A stretch of DNA of 64,000 nucleotides from Octopus vulgaris (taxonomy: Eukaryota), in NCBI GenBank assembly GCA_951406725.2, contig OX597824.1, positions 43,338,001 to 43,402,000 of the forward strand. The letters are read 5' to 3'. A program made the translations under genes and the position numbers. A model generated the notes under the pieces. It saw nothing but the letters and a program-made list of their open reading frames with translations. It was not told the origin of the DNA and ran no database searches. Shown here piece after piece: positions 25,537 through 39,702 of this stretch. Each line of letters begins with the position of its first letter. The stretch's first letter is position 1.

Positions 25537-25612
<76 letters not shown>
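25522..25612. repeat. (AAT)n microsatellite
   Basis: Directly visible. Confidence 0.97.
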
Positions 25613-25613
<1 letters not shown>

Positions 25614-26209
25614 CGTAGCGCCAACCTTGACAGCGGATGGACGTTTTATACGCTGCTCTGACCATTCAGTAACCGAAATACTAATATAACCCAGCAGGAC
25701 AACGGAAAAATAACTCTCAAAGCTGGAACATCTACAATTTTTTGTGAGTATTTTAAATTTCCCTCAAAATAAGTTAAGAAACTTACATATCTACAATTTT
25801 CGAACACACAAACGATCAGCTTTAAAAACTTTAATATCTACAACCTTTCCTTTCTCCTTGAGTATTCGAAAATGTAAACACCCTTCTTTTTTATTGCAAA
25901 AACACTACTGTCTTCTCTAATTGGACATACAAACTAACATCTCTAGAAAACTTTAGAACTTTAATATCTACAATTTCATGTGAAAATTTTATCTTTCTTT
26001 TCTCCTTGTCTGCCCGAATATGTAAACATAGCTTTTATTGCAACAACACAATTAAATGCACGATAAAAGAATTAAGGAGGTAAGCACCTGCCAAAATATA
26101 TATGAACTGCACAATTACAAAAACTGTAAACCACAACAAGACTTATAAAAAGAAAAGGAAGAAAAAACAAAAAAAATCAGAAATTCAACGATATGGACAT
26201 CAATATATT

Positions 26210-26277
<68 letters not shown>

Positions 26278-26278
26278 A

Positions 26279-26654
26279 GGCGGCGAGGTGGCAGAATCGT
26301 TAGTACACCCATCCTTACGCGCTGAGTTCAAATTCTGCCGAGGTCGACTTAGCCTTTCATCCTTTCGGAGTCAATAAATTGAGTACCATTGAAACACTGA
26401 AATCGATGTAACCGACTAGTGCCCTCCTTCAAAATTTCAGGACTTGTGCCAGTACTAGTAGTAGTAGTAGCAGTAGTAGTAGTAGTAGTAAGGCAGCGAG
26501 CTGGCAGAACTGTTTATACGCCGTGTAAACTGCTTTGCTGCAATTCACACGTCTTTACGTTCTAATTTCAAATTCCGCCGAGGTCGACTTTACTTTCATT
26601 CTTTCGGCGTCGATAAATTAAGTACCAGTGAAGCATTGTGGGAAAATTTGAAAC

Positions 26655-26655
<1 letters not shown>
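26279..26655 (+). mobile_element. Two tandem family A SINEs embedded in (AGT)n/(ATT)n tracts
   Basis: Heads ggcggcgaggtggcagaa (26279) and ggcagcgagctggcagaa (26491). Confidence 0.88.
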
Positions 26656-26733
<78 letters not shown>

Positions 26734-27164
26734 TGTTCGATGTGCTTCGCTCCATATACTCGTAAAAGGTTTCTTATTTTTGTTGGAAATAAGTTTTGTT
26801 TATTTGTTTGTTTATTTATTTATTGACATTAGCTAAGGACCTCTGCTTCACTCTATAAAAAGGACAACAGTAACTATAGGCCTTAACAAAAATTTCACCA
26901 TGTTTACATTTTTAATGTTTAAAATCAGGGCGACACCAAAACAAACGCCTACAAAACTGAATGAAATGGTAGGTAAGGAAATGATTACTCTTACTTCAGC
27001 TTGCCTATTATCGATGGCAGTGACAGAAAAATAGCACTGACGAATACGAGAACATTACGAACATCATCGACATTTACAATAACAACAGCAACAGTGATAT
27101 CAGCAAGTTTTTATCAACAGCAGCGACACCGACAACAACAAGAACTACCTCAGTAACAATATCT

Positions 27165-27389
27165 ATTTCTTTACTACCCACAAGGGGCTAAACACAGAGA
27201 GGACAAACAAGGACAGACAAACGGATTAAGTCGATTATATCGACCCCAGTGCGTAACTGCTACTTATTTAATCGACCCCGAAAGGATGAAAGGCAAAGTC
27301 GACCTCGGCGGAATTTGAACTCAGAACGTAACGGCAGACGAAATACGGCTCCGCATTTCGCCCGGCATGCTAACGTTTCTGCCAGCTCA
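27165..27389 (-). mobile_element. SINE family A, long-tail variant (well preserved)
   Basis: Tail ctacccacaaggggctaaacacagagaggacaaacaaggacagac is shared with 35072-35250. Confidence 0.9.
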
Positions 27390-27499
27390 ACAGCAAAATC
27401 AACTCAGAGACATCAGCAACAACCAGAGTGAATATATCAACAACAAAAGCAGCAGCAGCTACAACAATGACGAAGACGACGACGACAAATTAAGTGGCG

Positions 27500-30400
27500 G
27501 GGAGAGACTCCACTTTTGCTGGCATAGCGGTAAAGTCAACAATAAATATTTCCCCGAACAAGGCGGCAGGCGTAACACAGACAACGCAATATGTGAAAGT
27601 GAACTAGGGGAGAGCTCAAACAGCAATCACACCTGAGATGTTGGTATTAACTATGAAGAAAATGATGTTGCATCGCTGTGTGATGGCAATAACGCGATGC
27701 CTGTAAGCAACGCCACACACCGAGTGGAAAGAACATTCAAAGATGTGTAAGACATAGAATATGTGATCATGGCAAGACAGTTCGGTAGTGTAGAGGCTAT
27801 TTTCAATCCATAATTCCCAAATACGACTAAGAGCTGTCGTGTTTACTCAAAGGAAGACGGACAAGTCCGTCATGTTAAATCAAGTTCCTACAGATCTCCA
27901 GCCAGGTGGATTTTGGTTTGTATTGTCTCGGAAGGCAAGCAACACCGTCCTCGACGTAAAACGTGCTGACAAGGAGATTTCCTTTTGAGCCACATCGGAG
28001 ATCCACATCCAGATCAAACTAAAGACCTTGAAAACTATTCCAGACAATCTCCACCGGTCCAATGAAGAGCTGCTACGCGTTACGATTGAAAGCAAAAGGC
28101 CGAGGTACCACTTGTGTAGCATTGGAAGCCACTTAAGTTCTTTCTATCCTCAACGAAAATAGAGGCAGAAATCCTCTCCCCTAGCATTGCTGATACTACA
28201 TTCCAACAACAGCAGCGTACAGCTTTCATAGCTGCGGCAATGGACACTCCTACAAACACCAACATCAGTAGCGGCAACACAAACAGTTGCATATATGACA
28301 ACAACGGCAGCAGTAGCAACACCAACAGTGACAGCAAAACCAGCAATATCAAAAACGACATTAATAACAACCTAACTCTGCATCTTACCCCCCCCCCCCC
28401 TCCCGACTCCTTCAAACATAAAGACACACATGAATATACGGAAACACCCCTCCCTGCATTGTTCTTTCCTGCGTGGAAACCGCATCTTACGAGGAGTGGT
28501 AACCGAAAAAATAGAAATAAACAAAGAAAGGAACAAATATTAACAAGGAAAAGCTGTTGAACCTGCAGAAGCCGTCCGAAATTATCGTGCGACGCTAGAC
28601 GGACGGACAAGTTAAATTACTGAGGGTTTAGTTTGTTTCAGATCCGTAGGCGGACAAGAACAGTGATGAGCAGTCTGGACAATCTCAACCGGAAATATGC
28701 TGAGCGGTAACTGTCCCCGAAGGCTCAGACCGAGGTAGTGAACGCTTACATTACAACCGTCATCTATAACTGCCTGACCGTCGTTCCTTGCCATACTTCA
28801 TGGCTAACCAGGATAGAATGCTTGATCTTCCGCTTCCTGTAGAATGAACGTGTTCTGCTAATCATACGGTTCATTTGCTGTCAACATCCGGTGTCTAGAG
28901 AATTGAGCATGCCATGATTATTGATCTGCAGACATGTGCTGAGGTTGTGACATCCCGAGAGTTTTCTTGATGGTGAGTAGGTATGACTGCCGTTTACCAG
29001 ACGCGCTTTTCCACAGCTCGTTTCTTTGACAGAGCTGCTGTCCATGATCAAACAGTGGCCGGAGCAGCGAGCCTGGTACCTAGAGTACGTGGCAGACATT
29101 ACCAAATAGGGGATATTCTTTTGAAAAACAATGTGCCGACACCATCCCCAGCAGCAATTACACCAGTCTTATGAAAAAAAAAACCATCATCCTCATCATC
29201 ACCACCACCCCCTCACAGACACCGCTATTACAAGCACAACCTAATTTGCAATCATAACAACAATCAAATCCAACGCAGACGAAGAAGAAATAACTAACTA
29301 CATAACCATAAAAACTTGCAATAAAGAACTAATAGAGCACATACGCCAACATTACACATAATAACTATTATGTTAACAAATAGCGTCCCAGCCTATTTAA
29401 TATTATCCAAATATTACTGCTTACATACAACTCTATAAAAAATATATACCCCAAAGGAGTAGGAAACTTCAGGTGAAATAAAAAAAGATCGTAAAAAATT
29501 GTTAATGGAAAACAGGAATAAGGTATGCACTTGTCACCTTTCTCCTCCTGTCTAATGACCTTACTTAGAGTAGATAGTGCAATTGCACGTGATCTCGGAG
29601 CGCCATGGAAGCAGGACCATTTGCCCAAACATCTTGGGTCACCAAATATAGATGTGGTGACCACCATCGAAACCAGAACTACTGAAATTTCACGCCTATT
29701 TTCAGTACATGCGAAGTGTACACATCTCCATGCTGACAGGGATTTGGAAGAGGAGTGTATGAATTGTTTCCAAAAGGTCTGGATCTCATAATACCGACTA
29801 TTTTCTTGAACGTAGAAGGTAAGTTGGTGGTCTTGGACATGAGCAGCAACGACGTTGGAAACCAGTTTCAAACTATCTGACAAATACCGAACGGATTTCC
29901 TACTGTAGCGATGTGGACATGGACAAACCACATTGGGATAAAGAGAGTATAGGTTATCCATAATTTAAACTCGTCTTCTACACAGATTGCAAGATTCTGT
30001 GGCTTGTGTGGTCGACATAAGTTTTGCAAACAGGAACCCAATTACTGGAAGCTGAAAGCGTCACTCCCAGCTACGCTTACAAAGACCAGATTAGTGAATT
30101 AGTTAAGCGGACATTGACGGGAACTGTTGCCAACAACAAATGGTTCACACTGGAAAGTGCCATTAGAATAGAAGCGATGAAGTTATAACGATAGGGAAAC
30201 AAGAATAGAGAGACCTATTTAAAATCTTGGAAGAGGCACTTAGGAAAAGCAATTGATGTGCTCGCGGAGAGATTAATTCTTTACCAGAGCTAAGACGCAT
30301 GCTCTAAGATACTATGGGTTGAAAGTTGTTCAGTAGGTCCGAGTGACGGAGACACAACGAGACAGTAAAACTACTATTCGATATTAAGCAGGCCACAATA

Positions 30401-32855
30401 AGCGTATGTTACGCGACACCAAGAATATGTTACGGCTTTCCAACTGCACTTTGTTCGACTGTTCAGAATTTCACTGCCTCCCTCAACAGCCTGCAGCAAG
30501 AGAGGTGGCACGAAAAACTATAGTCGGCTGCACGACAGACAAATTGCCTGGTTTGCCCTAAGAGTTTTACTTTTTTATGTCAAAGTAGTTGGGCGACTTT
30601 TTAGAAAATACCTACTGCAATTAGCAGAAGAATGGGAGAATCTCCAGTTCTGAGTCAAGGATCAATGACGCTGATAAGAAATGACCTAAGAGGAATCACA
30701 CATGATAATTTTCGGCCCATAATTCTGATAAACACAGATATCAACATTTTGGCCAAGGTGTTATCTAAGGTCTTGGTGCTTGTAGTTTCAGGTCTGATTG
30801 ATGATGCACAAACATGCACCATCCCAAATATATATATCCACAATCTCTACGACCTGCGATACATCATAGAAAAGGCAGGTATAAATTTAGATTAATTGAA
30901 AGTTTTCGGTAGTGTCGACCACAATACTTGACGGTTTGTCCTCACGACAAACAGTTTCGGTTCCATCTTTCGGTTGGATTGTTGTAATTTACTGCGACCA
31001 CTGCTCAGTTGTTAGGGTTTATGGCCACCTAGCAGAACCTTTCAGCTTCATGTGCTCGGTTTGTCAGTGTAGTCTCCTCACGATAAACATTTCTTCTTTG
31101 GTCAAATCCTCGTCAATTCTCACTTGAAAAGGAAATTGCTGTGTTGGCTCACAGCAAACTTTTTGATAATGGATGAGAAATGCTAGTTCGAGTAAACTGG
31201 TTTGCCCTGAATAAGTGCATATAGGTTAAGATTGAAAGACAGAGGGATGGCACTTGCACTAGCATTCAGGGTAAATGATCACCTATCGGAATCGTTTTGC
31301 ATCGCATATTCGGTTCGTCAAGGATGCCTGTCTCGCCCCTTCTATACATGCTCGCTCAAGAGCTATTACTACGGAAAATAGTTGTTTTGAAGGGCATCCC
31401 GTATAAACTTCGATAGGGAAGATTTGTGTTGGCTTAAGCGGATGACGCCACCATAATAGAGTTGGGAATCTCAGAAATCGAGGAGTTCGGCACTATCGTA
31501 AGGGATTACGAAGCGGTGACAGGAGCAAAGATTAATCAGAAGTTGGTGGGCTTGGAAAGATAAGTCTAAGCTGCCCACCAGCATTGTGGGGCGGTGAATG
31601 GAAGTACCGATTAAATTGCACAGGGTTTGATTTGGTCCGGACCTCCAGATGGACAAGAACCGGGTGGAGAAGTGACAGGCAGAGTAACTAGTCTTACTCA
31701 GAAATGGACAAAGATGAACTTGTCCCTAAATGATCAGGCGAATGTGGTGAATATGTACATCATTGCCGCCATCTACTACTGCCATTCTTTGTTGCTGACC
31801 ATGTTAGAGTACTTATTTTTCTGCTTTCTGTGGTCGAGACAGATATAGCTCGTCAGACGGTTCATTTGTTGTGAACAACCGCTCGGTGGAAGACTGAGCA
31901 TTTCGCGGTTAATGATGCACATATTTGTTGAGGCTGCGACGTCTCCAGCGTTTCTTTGGCAGTTGGCAGATGTGGTCGCCATTTGTCAAACACTATTTTC
32001 CGCAGCTTGTGTCATTCACCCATTAGCTTGGCACCTGGATTTCCGGCAAGCGCTCACAGTCCTCAGCCGGTCGGGTAATGCCGTGGTAGATGTTCCACCT
32101 TGGAGCTCAATATGGAATTTATGGCAGGCAAGAATAGTGATGTCCTAATTGAATCTCTGGGTGTCGGGGAGATCACTTGGCTAGTCTTTACTGGAGGACT
32201 TTCGGACAGGGTCCTATGGACAATTTCCAGGAATCCCTGCGCAAAGTGATGGAACCATTCTGCTTGTACTCGTCCAGTGTCCTGGCATTGTTGATTTGTG
32301 GAGCTTTGTCGAACAGCTGTTGAGGCGCGTGGGAGGGATCCAGTTATCGGCCGAGTCCATCGTGAGCAAAGCCCTGCCGCATTCTTTCAACCGCGAAGAG
32401 CAGGCAGATTTCCTCCATCTTTTGGCTATGGGGAAAGGGGAGGTTGTGTGGTGGACGAGACTGAATGGAGAGAAGTCAGATACTTTCTTTTATTTGCGAA
32501 GCTCTCACCAGAAAAGAGAAGGTGGAGATGGAAGTGTCGTTCCTTAGTTTATTTGTTGAAAGGTGGATAAATGTGACGAGGTTGGTCTGTGTGAATGGGC
32601 CTACTCTGAACATGCTCTCTAGGTCGGAAGGAATGAAGAGGAGAGAGGTACCTGCCTGAGCTATCGTTGATGATTGAGGTGAACGGGAATCCGAGATGGA
32701 GATACCTACTTTTGGAGATTTTTACTGTTTTAATTCTTTTGGTTAATTGTTAGTTTTTATATAGTTTACATGTGTTTGTGTTAAGCTTCACTCTTCCATG
32801 TTTTTGCATCGAACTTTTTGTTTTGCTTTCGACCCTTGTGGACAGTAAAGAAAAG
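27500..32855 (+). mobile_element. Composite decayed L1/Tx1-like LINE (ORF1 knuckle, APE, RT, 3' end)
   Basis: RPRYHLCSIGSHL (degenerate zinc knuckle), IDVVTTIETR, NFRPIILINTDINILAKVL, QTCTIP, SVRQGC, (AY)ADDAT and YEAVTGAKIN. Ends at an (ATT)n tract. Confidence 0.85.
28550..29110 (+). mobile_element. Second Tx1-like ORF2 fragment nested in the ORF1/spacer region
   Basis: LSPKAQTEVVNAYITTVIYNCLTVVPC...LIFRFL...RFICCQHP is paralogous to 31720-31900. Confidence 0.75.
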
Positions 32856-32857
32856 AT

Positions 32858-33030
<173 letters not shown>

Positions 33031-33289
33031 ACAGTGACGTTTACCTATGCATGCACTAATAGATGAAAATCCAGTCGTTGAAGAGGTTTTTGAAACAGGA
33101 GGAGGCAAAAATAGTGCATTCAAGAATAGAGCAAGGAAACAAATGAGGAGTGAAAGGAAAGAGACAGACAGGGAACGAAAAAAATAGAAAGAAAAGAGAC
33201 AAGAAGAAAGCAAAGATTTTTAATGGTGAGGTGTTTTAAGCATATGAAAAAGAAAAACCAGAATTGCTCAGATGAGGTCGAGTGCTTCT

Positions 33290-33354
33290 GTATGTATGTA
33301 TGTATGTATGTATGTATGTATGTATGTATGTATGCATGTATGTATGTACGTATG

Positions 33355-33437
<83 letters not shown>

Positions 33438-33819
33438 GTATGGGGGTGGCGTACATGCGTGTGTACGTACGTGAGTGCATTAGCACAAACGCATTCATTT
33501 GTAGGAAAGGGAAATAGGGAAATAACAGATGCAACAAGAATGGAAAGGAGAACGAAAGGGTGAAAGATTGAAGGATGGTATGAGGGAGTGGAAACAAAGA
33601 GATAAATACATAGAAGTTGGCAATTAGAAAATTAGAAATTGCTCTGAAGAGGTCAATATATACGTGTATGTATGTATGTATGTATGTATGTATGTATGTA
33701 TGTATGTATGTATGTATGTATGTATATGTATATATATATATATGCATAATGTATATGTATGTATATACATATATATGGATATGTATGTATATATGTATGT
33801 ATGTGTGTATGTATGTATG

Positions 33820-33850
<31 letters not shown>

Positions 33851-34033
33851 TGATAGATAGATTGATAGATAGATAGATACACACATATGTATACGCATAT
33901 GTATATGTGTATATGTGTATATATGTATATATGTATATATACGCACACACATACACAATCATATTTATATGCATATACATATATATACATACATACATAC
34001 ATACATACATACATACATACATACATACATACA

Positions 34034-34065
<32 letters not shown>

Positions 34066-34600
34066 AACGCACACTCACAAATGCATAGAGTTTGTTGATA
34101 AAGATGGAAGGATAGAAACAAGGTTAAATATGAAACAGAAATGATAATATAAAGGAGAAGATGGAGGAAAAGTGTGGCAAGATGGGGTAGTAGTGATGGT
34201 GGTGGAAACTGTAATAACTCGGGAGGCTGGAAATTAGAAATTTTTCAGATGAGGTCAAGAACAATATCTTTGCCAATAATAGGATTGAGGCTGTATATAA
34301 ATTAGTATGTTAAAACTGATTCCTGCCTAGTATACGTGTCTAATAAGCTCAGCTGACGTTCGTATATGTGTACAAACACACACACACACACACACACAAA
34401 CACACATATACTCACGCAAGCACATACAAATATATAGAGACATCTCTCTATATATTTATATATATACACACGCACACACATACTCACACACACACATACA
34501 CACACGCAAGCACACACAAATACATATATACATCTCTCTATTTCTATATTTATACACGCGCGCGCGCACACACACACACATACACACACACACACGTCTA
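33290..34600. repeat. Compound (TATG)n/(TA)n/(CATA)n/(CA)n microsatellite region
   Basis: Directly visible; the source of many spurious ORFs. Confidence 0.95.
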
Positions 34601-35071
34601 GTAGTTCTTATAGTTTCTCTGATAGATGTGAGTGGTATTATGCATATCACCCCAAAAGCATGTCTGTATTTTACATATTTGCATTGTATCGTAATGTATG
34701 GAAAATTTTCTGAGAAGGTGTTGACATGAACATTAGTATTTGAATCCTATACAGTACCATGTTGTTATATCAACGACAGTACCTGTACATGTTAATACTC
34801 TGTAATACAGTACAATGGATTCTATTATAAAGGGTGTTTATAAATTATCTTTACAACTTCCACAACGTATTGTCAAAATCCGTTGCGTACAACCAATGGA
34901 GCTTACGTGGAAGTGTTCTGATGTCTCTACGTTATTCGTTTGCCTATGTTTTCCAATAAACTCTGCTGAATTCTCCTTATCATTTATTTTCATTTTTTTT
35001 TTTAATTTTGCAAATCGTAAAAGTAATTTATGGACACCCTATATATGGTGTTACCGTATATGTCATACCAA

Positions 35072-35250
35072 TTCTTTATTACCCACAAGGGGCTAAACAC
35101 AGAGGGGCCAAACAAGGACAGACAAGCGGATTAAGTCGATTACATCGACCCCAGTGTGAAACTGGTACTTAATTTATCGACCCCGAAAGGATGAAAGGAA
35201 AAGTCGACCTCGGCGGAATTTGAACTCAGAACGTAACGGCAGACGAAATA
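35072..35250 (-). mobile_element. SINE family A, long-tail variant, head truncated
   Basis: Near-identical to 27165-27345. Confidence 0.9.
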
Positions 35251-35269
35251 CCCTTTATAATATCAAGTT

Positions 35270-35620
35270 GGTACTTTAGGACAGCTAAATGGTTGATAAG
35301 TTGAATTCACAACCACGAGGTCATTGGTCAGATTCTACTGCGTAGCGTCTTGGGCAACGCTGTTTTTCGATAGCTTCGAGTCGATTAATATTTTGTGAAT
35401 GAAATTGGATAGACGAAAACTGTATAAATGCCAGTTGAGTGTGTTGTACTTGTAACTCAAAAGCCTTGTCACACTATCACGCTGATTCTGCACGAAAATT
35501 ATGTTAAGGGTACACGTGTCTGTGAAATGCTCGACCACTTACACGCTAAATCAGGAGCAGGTAAGTCAATTTATCTAACAACTAAATTAGTATCGTCGAC
35601 CGACAGAGATGACGGTTCTG
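35270..35620 (+). mobile_element. Decayed SINE family B
   Basis: gctaaatggttgataag..cacaaccacgaggtc..gaaaactgtataaatgcc..aattatgttaagggtacacgtgtc. Confidence 0.65.
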
Positions 35621-37876
35621 TATAATACTGCAATACAGCCTCTGTTAATATCTTGTTACCATACATGCTAGTGTCATAACCGTTATAATAAAATACTGGT
35701 ATTGTACAGGGTAGTACAACAATCTGTACCTTACATGATAGTATTCTAAACTAGCACAGATCAATTATCGGATAATAGTATCACTAAAAGGATACTATTA
35801 TGACTTTCGAAGGAAGATAGAGATGGATGGAAGATCAGATTAATTCTAATAAAAGCATGATCGACCAGACGGTGATAATGCACTACGGCATTATTTCATC
35901 TGCCTTTACCATGCATCGTGCAATACAACTGCCTGCACATTACATGAAGTTTGTACCGTAGTATCTGCAGTTTCTATTTCCTATGTGGGTACAGTATGTG
36001 CCTTGCATGATAGTACTCTACAATACTATACTGTAACCTCTATTAGTATGTTGTCACTATAGGTCGGTACCAGCAATTCAAACTATAACTTTTAACACAC
36101 GTTATGGTGCTATAGAGTATTCTATTGATTTAATATATCTTGTAATTTACATATCGGCAGTGGGGTAGCGTGGGTTCTAGCCCACTGTGTGGTAGGCAAC
36201 TTGGTCGTCCCCTTCTTTAAACTTAACCTACCTTCGGCTACTGTAAAAACACATATATGAAATGGCCATTCTATATAGTTCTCACATCCTGCACATCTCG
36301 TTCACGCCACGCTTCACCAATACATATTGATATTCCTGATGTCATTACTATACTTGCTACTTTACGTGTTGGCACTCAATAAAACTGTAACCGTCTAGGT
36401 TACCCTATTTTTGCACGCTGTCCTACTAGTCTACTTTAATTTGCGATGGTGCAATAAAAGTCGTACGGCAGTCTGTACCTTATAAGATTGCACAACAGCT
36501 TCCTTTTTTTACCGCTTAACCACAGAGATGCATGGCCTAGTGGCTGGGGTGTTCTGCTCACAATTATAAGGTGGGAGGGTTGATATTTGGATATGCGGTG
36601 TGTTGTATCCCTGCGAAAAGCACATGATTTTACGTTGTTTAAGTCTGCTTAGATGAAGATTAGTACCAGCCGAGTATTGATGTATTCTTCTCTCCTTCCA
36701 GTAGCTATCTTCTGGATATTTGGCTGGATAGAAGGGAGGGAGGGCTGACAGTGTATTCATAACTGCTCGCAATCGCACAGGCGAAAGTATGGAACACCCT
36801 ACCAAGTCGTCGGTTCTAGTTTAGTTCAGGGAGGGAAATACACTATTCATGATCCTTCATGTTTTTCAGGGCTTTTGAGCTCGGGATGATGAAAGAAGGA
36901 AACTATCCGTAGATTCGGCATCTAGCCTGTAACAGGCTAGGGTGACTCAACTAAAGGCACTGAAGATCAAGTATTCATATATTAAGCAAAGAGACAGATT
37001 AAGCATCTCATCTAGTACGTCAGGGCACTAAGATATGGAGACTCAAACATTAATATGGATTTTCTAAAGCCTTAAATTATATTGTTTTAAATCCATAGCT
37101 CCGTTTCAGTTTCACTAATGTGCAGACACTCTCGTTTTGTATATATGCCCACGATAATGCCTACATTTAGAATACATACTTTTGTTATGTGTATCAGTAT
37201 TATATGTCCCTATGTATAATACTGTGTATATTTTTATTAACATGTTCTTATTGCAAAGATTTGCTGACCAAAGATTGTGCTTTATAAGACTGTAGCAAAG
37301 AGGTAAGCTGGCATAACCTGTACCCTAGTAATTTGGATCTTCGATTGGTCAAATCTATTATTCTATTATATGTGTAATTAAATTAGTTCTATTTTTAAAA
37401 AGTACGCCGATTGATTTTAGTATTTTGTTGCCGTTGTCGTCATTGTGTCGTTGTTGTTGTTGCTTTTGTTCTTGCTCCACTTGTTGTTGCTGCTGCTGCT
37501 ATTATCGCTGTTACTGCTACTGCAGTTTCCAATACCGCTGGTATTTAGGCATTCCTATTAATATTGATTATTTTCTATTAATATTGATTTTTTCCTCCAT
37601 TAATATTGATTATTTACAATGGATATATATCACTGCTTTTTGATCGAAAACTGAAAATTGGTATGTTTTAACAACAACAACAACGACGATGACTACGATG
37701 ATGATGATGATGATGATGATGATGAGCAAGGCTACGTAATTAAGAATCTCACCTTGCGGCCGTGCGGTTATGAGTTCAGTCCTACTGTGTGATGACTTGG
37801 TTTTGCACTATACTTCAGGCTGACCAAAGCTTTGTAAGTGAATTCGGTAGGCGGAAACTGTCCGAAACCCTTTGTT

Positions 37877-37879
<3 letters not shown>

Positions 37880-37925
<46 letters not shown>

Positions 37926-37946
37926 TGGTATATTCTGTTTAGAACG

Positions 37947-37995
<49 letters not shown>

Positions 37996-38020
37996 TGGTA
38001 TATTCTGTTTAGAACGTAAT
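37880..38020. repeat. Exact tandem duplication of (TA)n plus agttatggtatattctgtttagaacgtaat
   Basis: Identical 30-mer at 37921-37950 and 37991-38020. Confidence 0.95.
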
Positions 38021-38744
38021 AGAGTACAGTATAAAGCTCGTCCACCTTCAGGTTTATCCTGTGCTATCCAATTTGCGTGTCTGTATCTGTCGTGTGTGAA
38101 TAGATAATTGAAAAAATATATGTGATATGTGTGTGTGTGCGTGGGTGGGTGTATGTGTCTGAGCGTTAGTACCTATATGGATGTATATGTGAACGAACAT
38201 ACGCATAGGCCGAATCTTAAAGGTCAGCTAAGGAAATCCCATGTGTAACCAACCATAAAGAACAAATCAACAGTACAAAGAAATCAAAAGCCAATTCCTT
38301 TAAAAATGGCAACCACTATAACAGTAGCAGAATCACCATCCTACTACATCTACACATTCAAAGCAATTTGCCAACGGTCCTTCAGCAACAACATACCCTG
38401 ATAAACCCAGTAACGATCACTAAATTCAGGCCACGACAGAGAGGATGTTCTTGAAGCCGAGAATCTGAACTTACAGAGACAATATTTACATATCGTCTGA
38501 GGAAACACAACTAGATCTCATTATGCACGGAAACGGTTACATAATCAAGTACCTGCACATCTGGAGAAGTACGTTGTATAGAAACAATTATAATGATTAA
38601 AAAAATAAATGTCCAACCGTACTCGTTCTTGCGATGGTTTTCGAGAAGCAGTGACGATTTTTACAATTCTGTAAATCCCCGTGTAATGACTAAAGAAAAT
38701 AGTCTAATAATGGGGTATATAAACCCTCAACGGAAAGAAAGTAG

Positions 38745-38820
38745 GTTTTCCCGTACACGCGAGAATCGAACCCACTTCTCTTTGTTTTCGCGACATGTGT
38801 GCTAGCTGTTTACCCCAACA
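38745..38820 (-). pseudogene. tRNA-like head (SINE or tRNA pseudogene)
   Basis: Minus strand tggggtaaacagctagcac...gtgggttcgattctcgc has A and B boxes but no good cloverleaf. Confidence 0.5.
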
Positions 38821-38895
38821 TACAACCTTACCTCTTACCGTCAGATTTAAGAACTATAATTAGTTCGTAGTGTTGTTTTTGTAAACAAACTTTCA

Positions 38896-38981
<86 letters not shown>

Positions 38982-39091
38982 AATAATATATATAATTTAA
39001 AATTAAATAAGGGTAGACATTGATATTAATCAATTAAATCCAGTAGCTTAGCATATTTTAAAAAATTCGAAGATTAAAACTTTTTTACAAT

Positions 39092-39429
39092 CAAAATTTA
39101 GAGGACTGACCACTAAAAGTGGACAGCCTATATGCTAAACATAGACGTCAAATCGCCATTTACCACGAAGAATGTGTTCTCAATAAAAATCTCAGCAAAA
39201 AAAAAACAAAATGTAAAAATAAGCAAGAGACATGAAAATATACGAAATAATTACGAAATAAAAAATCGTTTTTTATTTCGTATATTTTCATGTGTCTTGC
39301 TTATTTTTACACTTTGGCTTTTTTGCTGAGATTTTTCTTGAGAACACATTCTTCGTGGTAAATGGCGATTTGACGTCTATGTTTAGCATATAGGCGGTCC
39401 ACTTTTAGTGGTCAGTCCTCTAAATTTTG
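39092..39429. repeat. ~340-bp near-perfect palindrome (arms ~174 and 161 bp, centre ~39266-39268) between (TA)n tracts
   Basis: caaaatttagaggactgaccac...gtggtcagtcctctaaattttg, with few mismatches. Confidence 0.95.
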
Positions 39430-39444
39430 TATATATATATATAT

Positions 39445-39655
39445 ATTCGTTTGTTTCAGTCGCAGGACTGCGGCCATGATGGGGCACTGCCTTGAAGGGG
39501 CTAGTCGTACAAATCGCCAGCGTACTTGTTTTTCTAAGTCTGGTATTTATTATTTCGGGTTCATTTACTGAACCGCTAAGTTACGGGGAAAGAAACAAGA
39601 CAATACCAGTTGTCCAGTAATAGAGGAGATAAACTCAAATAGAAAGATAAACACA
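39445..39655 (-). mobile_element. SINE family C 3' part
   Basis: tttcagtc..gactgcggccatg..gaaccgctaagttacgggg matches 54355-54540. Confidence 0.75.
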
Positions 39656-39657
39656 GA

Positions 39658-39702
<45 letters not shown>

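Noticed and set aside
33640-33660. CTGAAGA as a hammerhead core (also near 2566, 3483, 36960, 53660)
   Set aside because: No stem II followed by GAAA and no stem I pairing.
38745-38820. Functional tRNA gene
   Set aside because: Only A/B boxes are present; the acceptor and anticodon stems do not pair convincingly.
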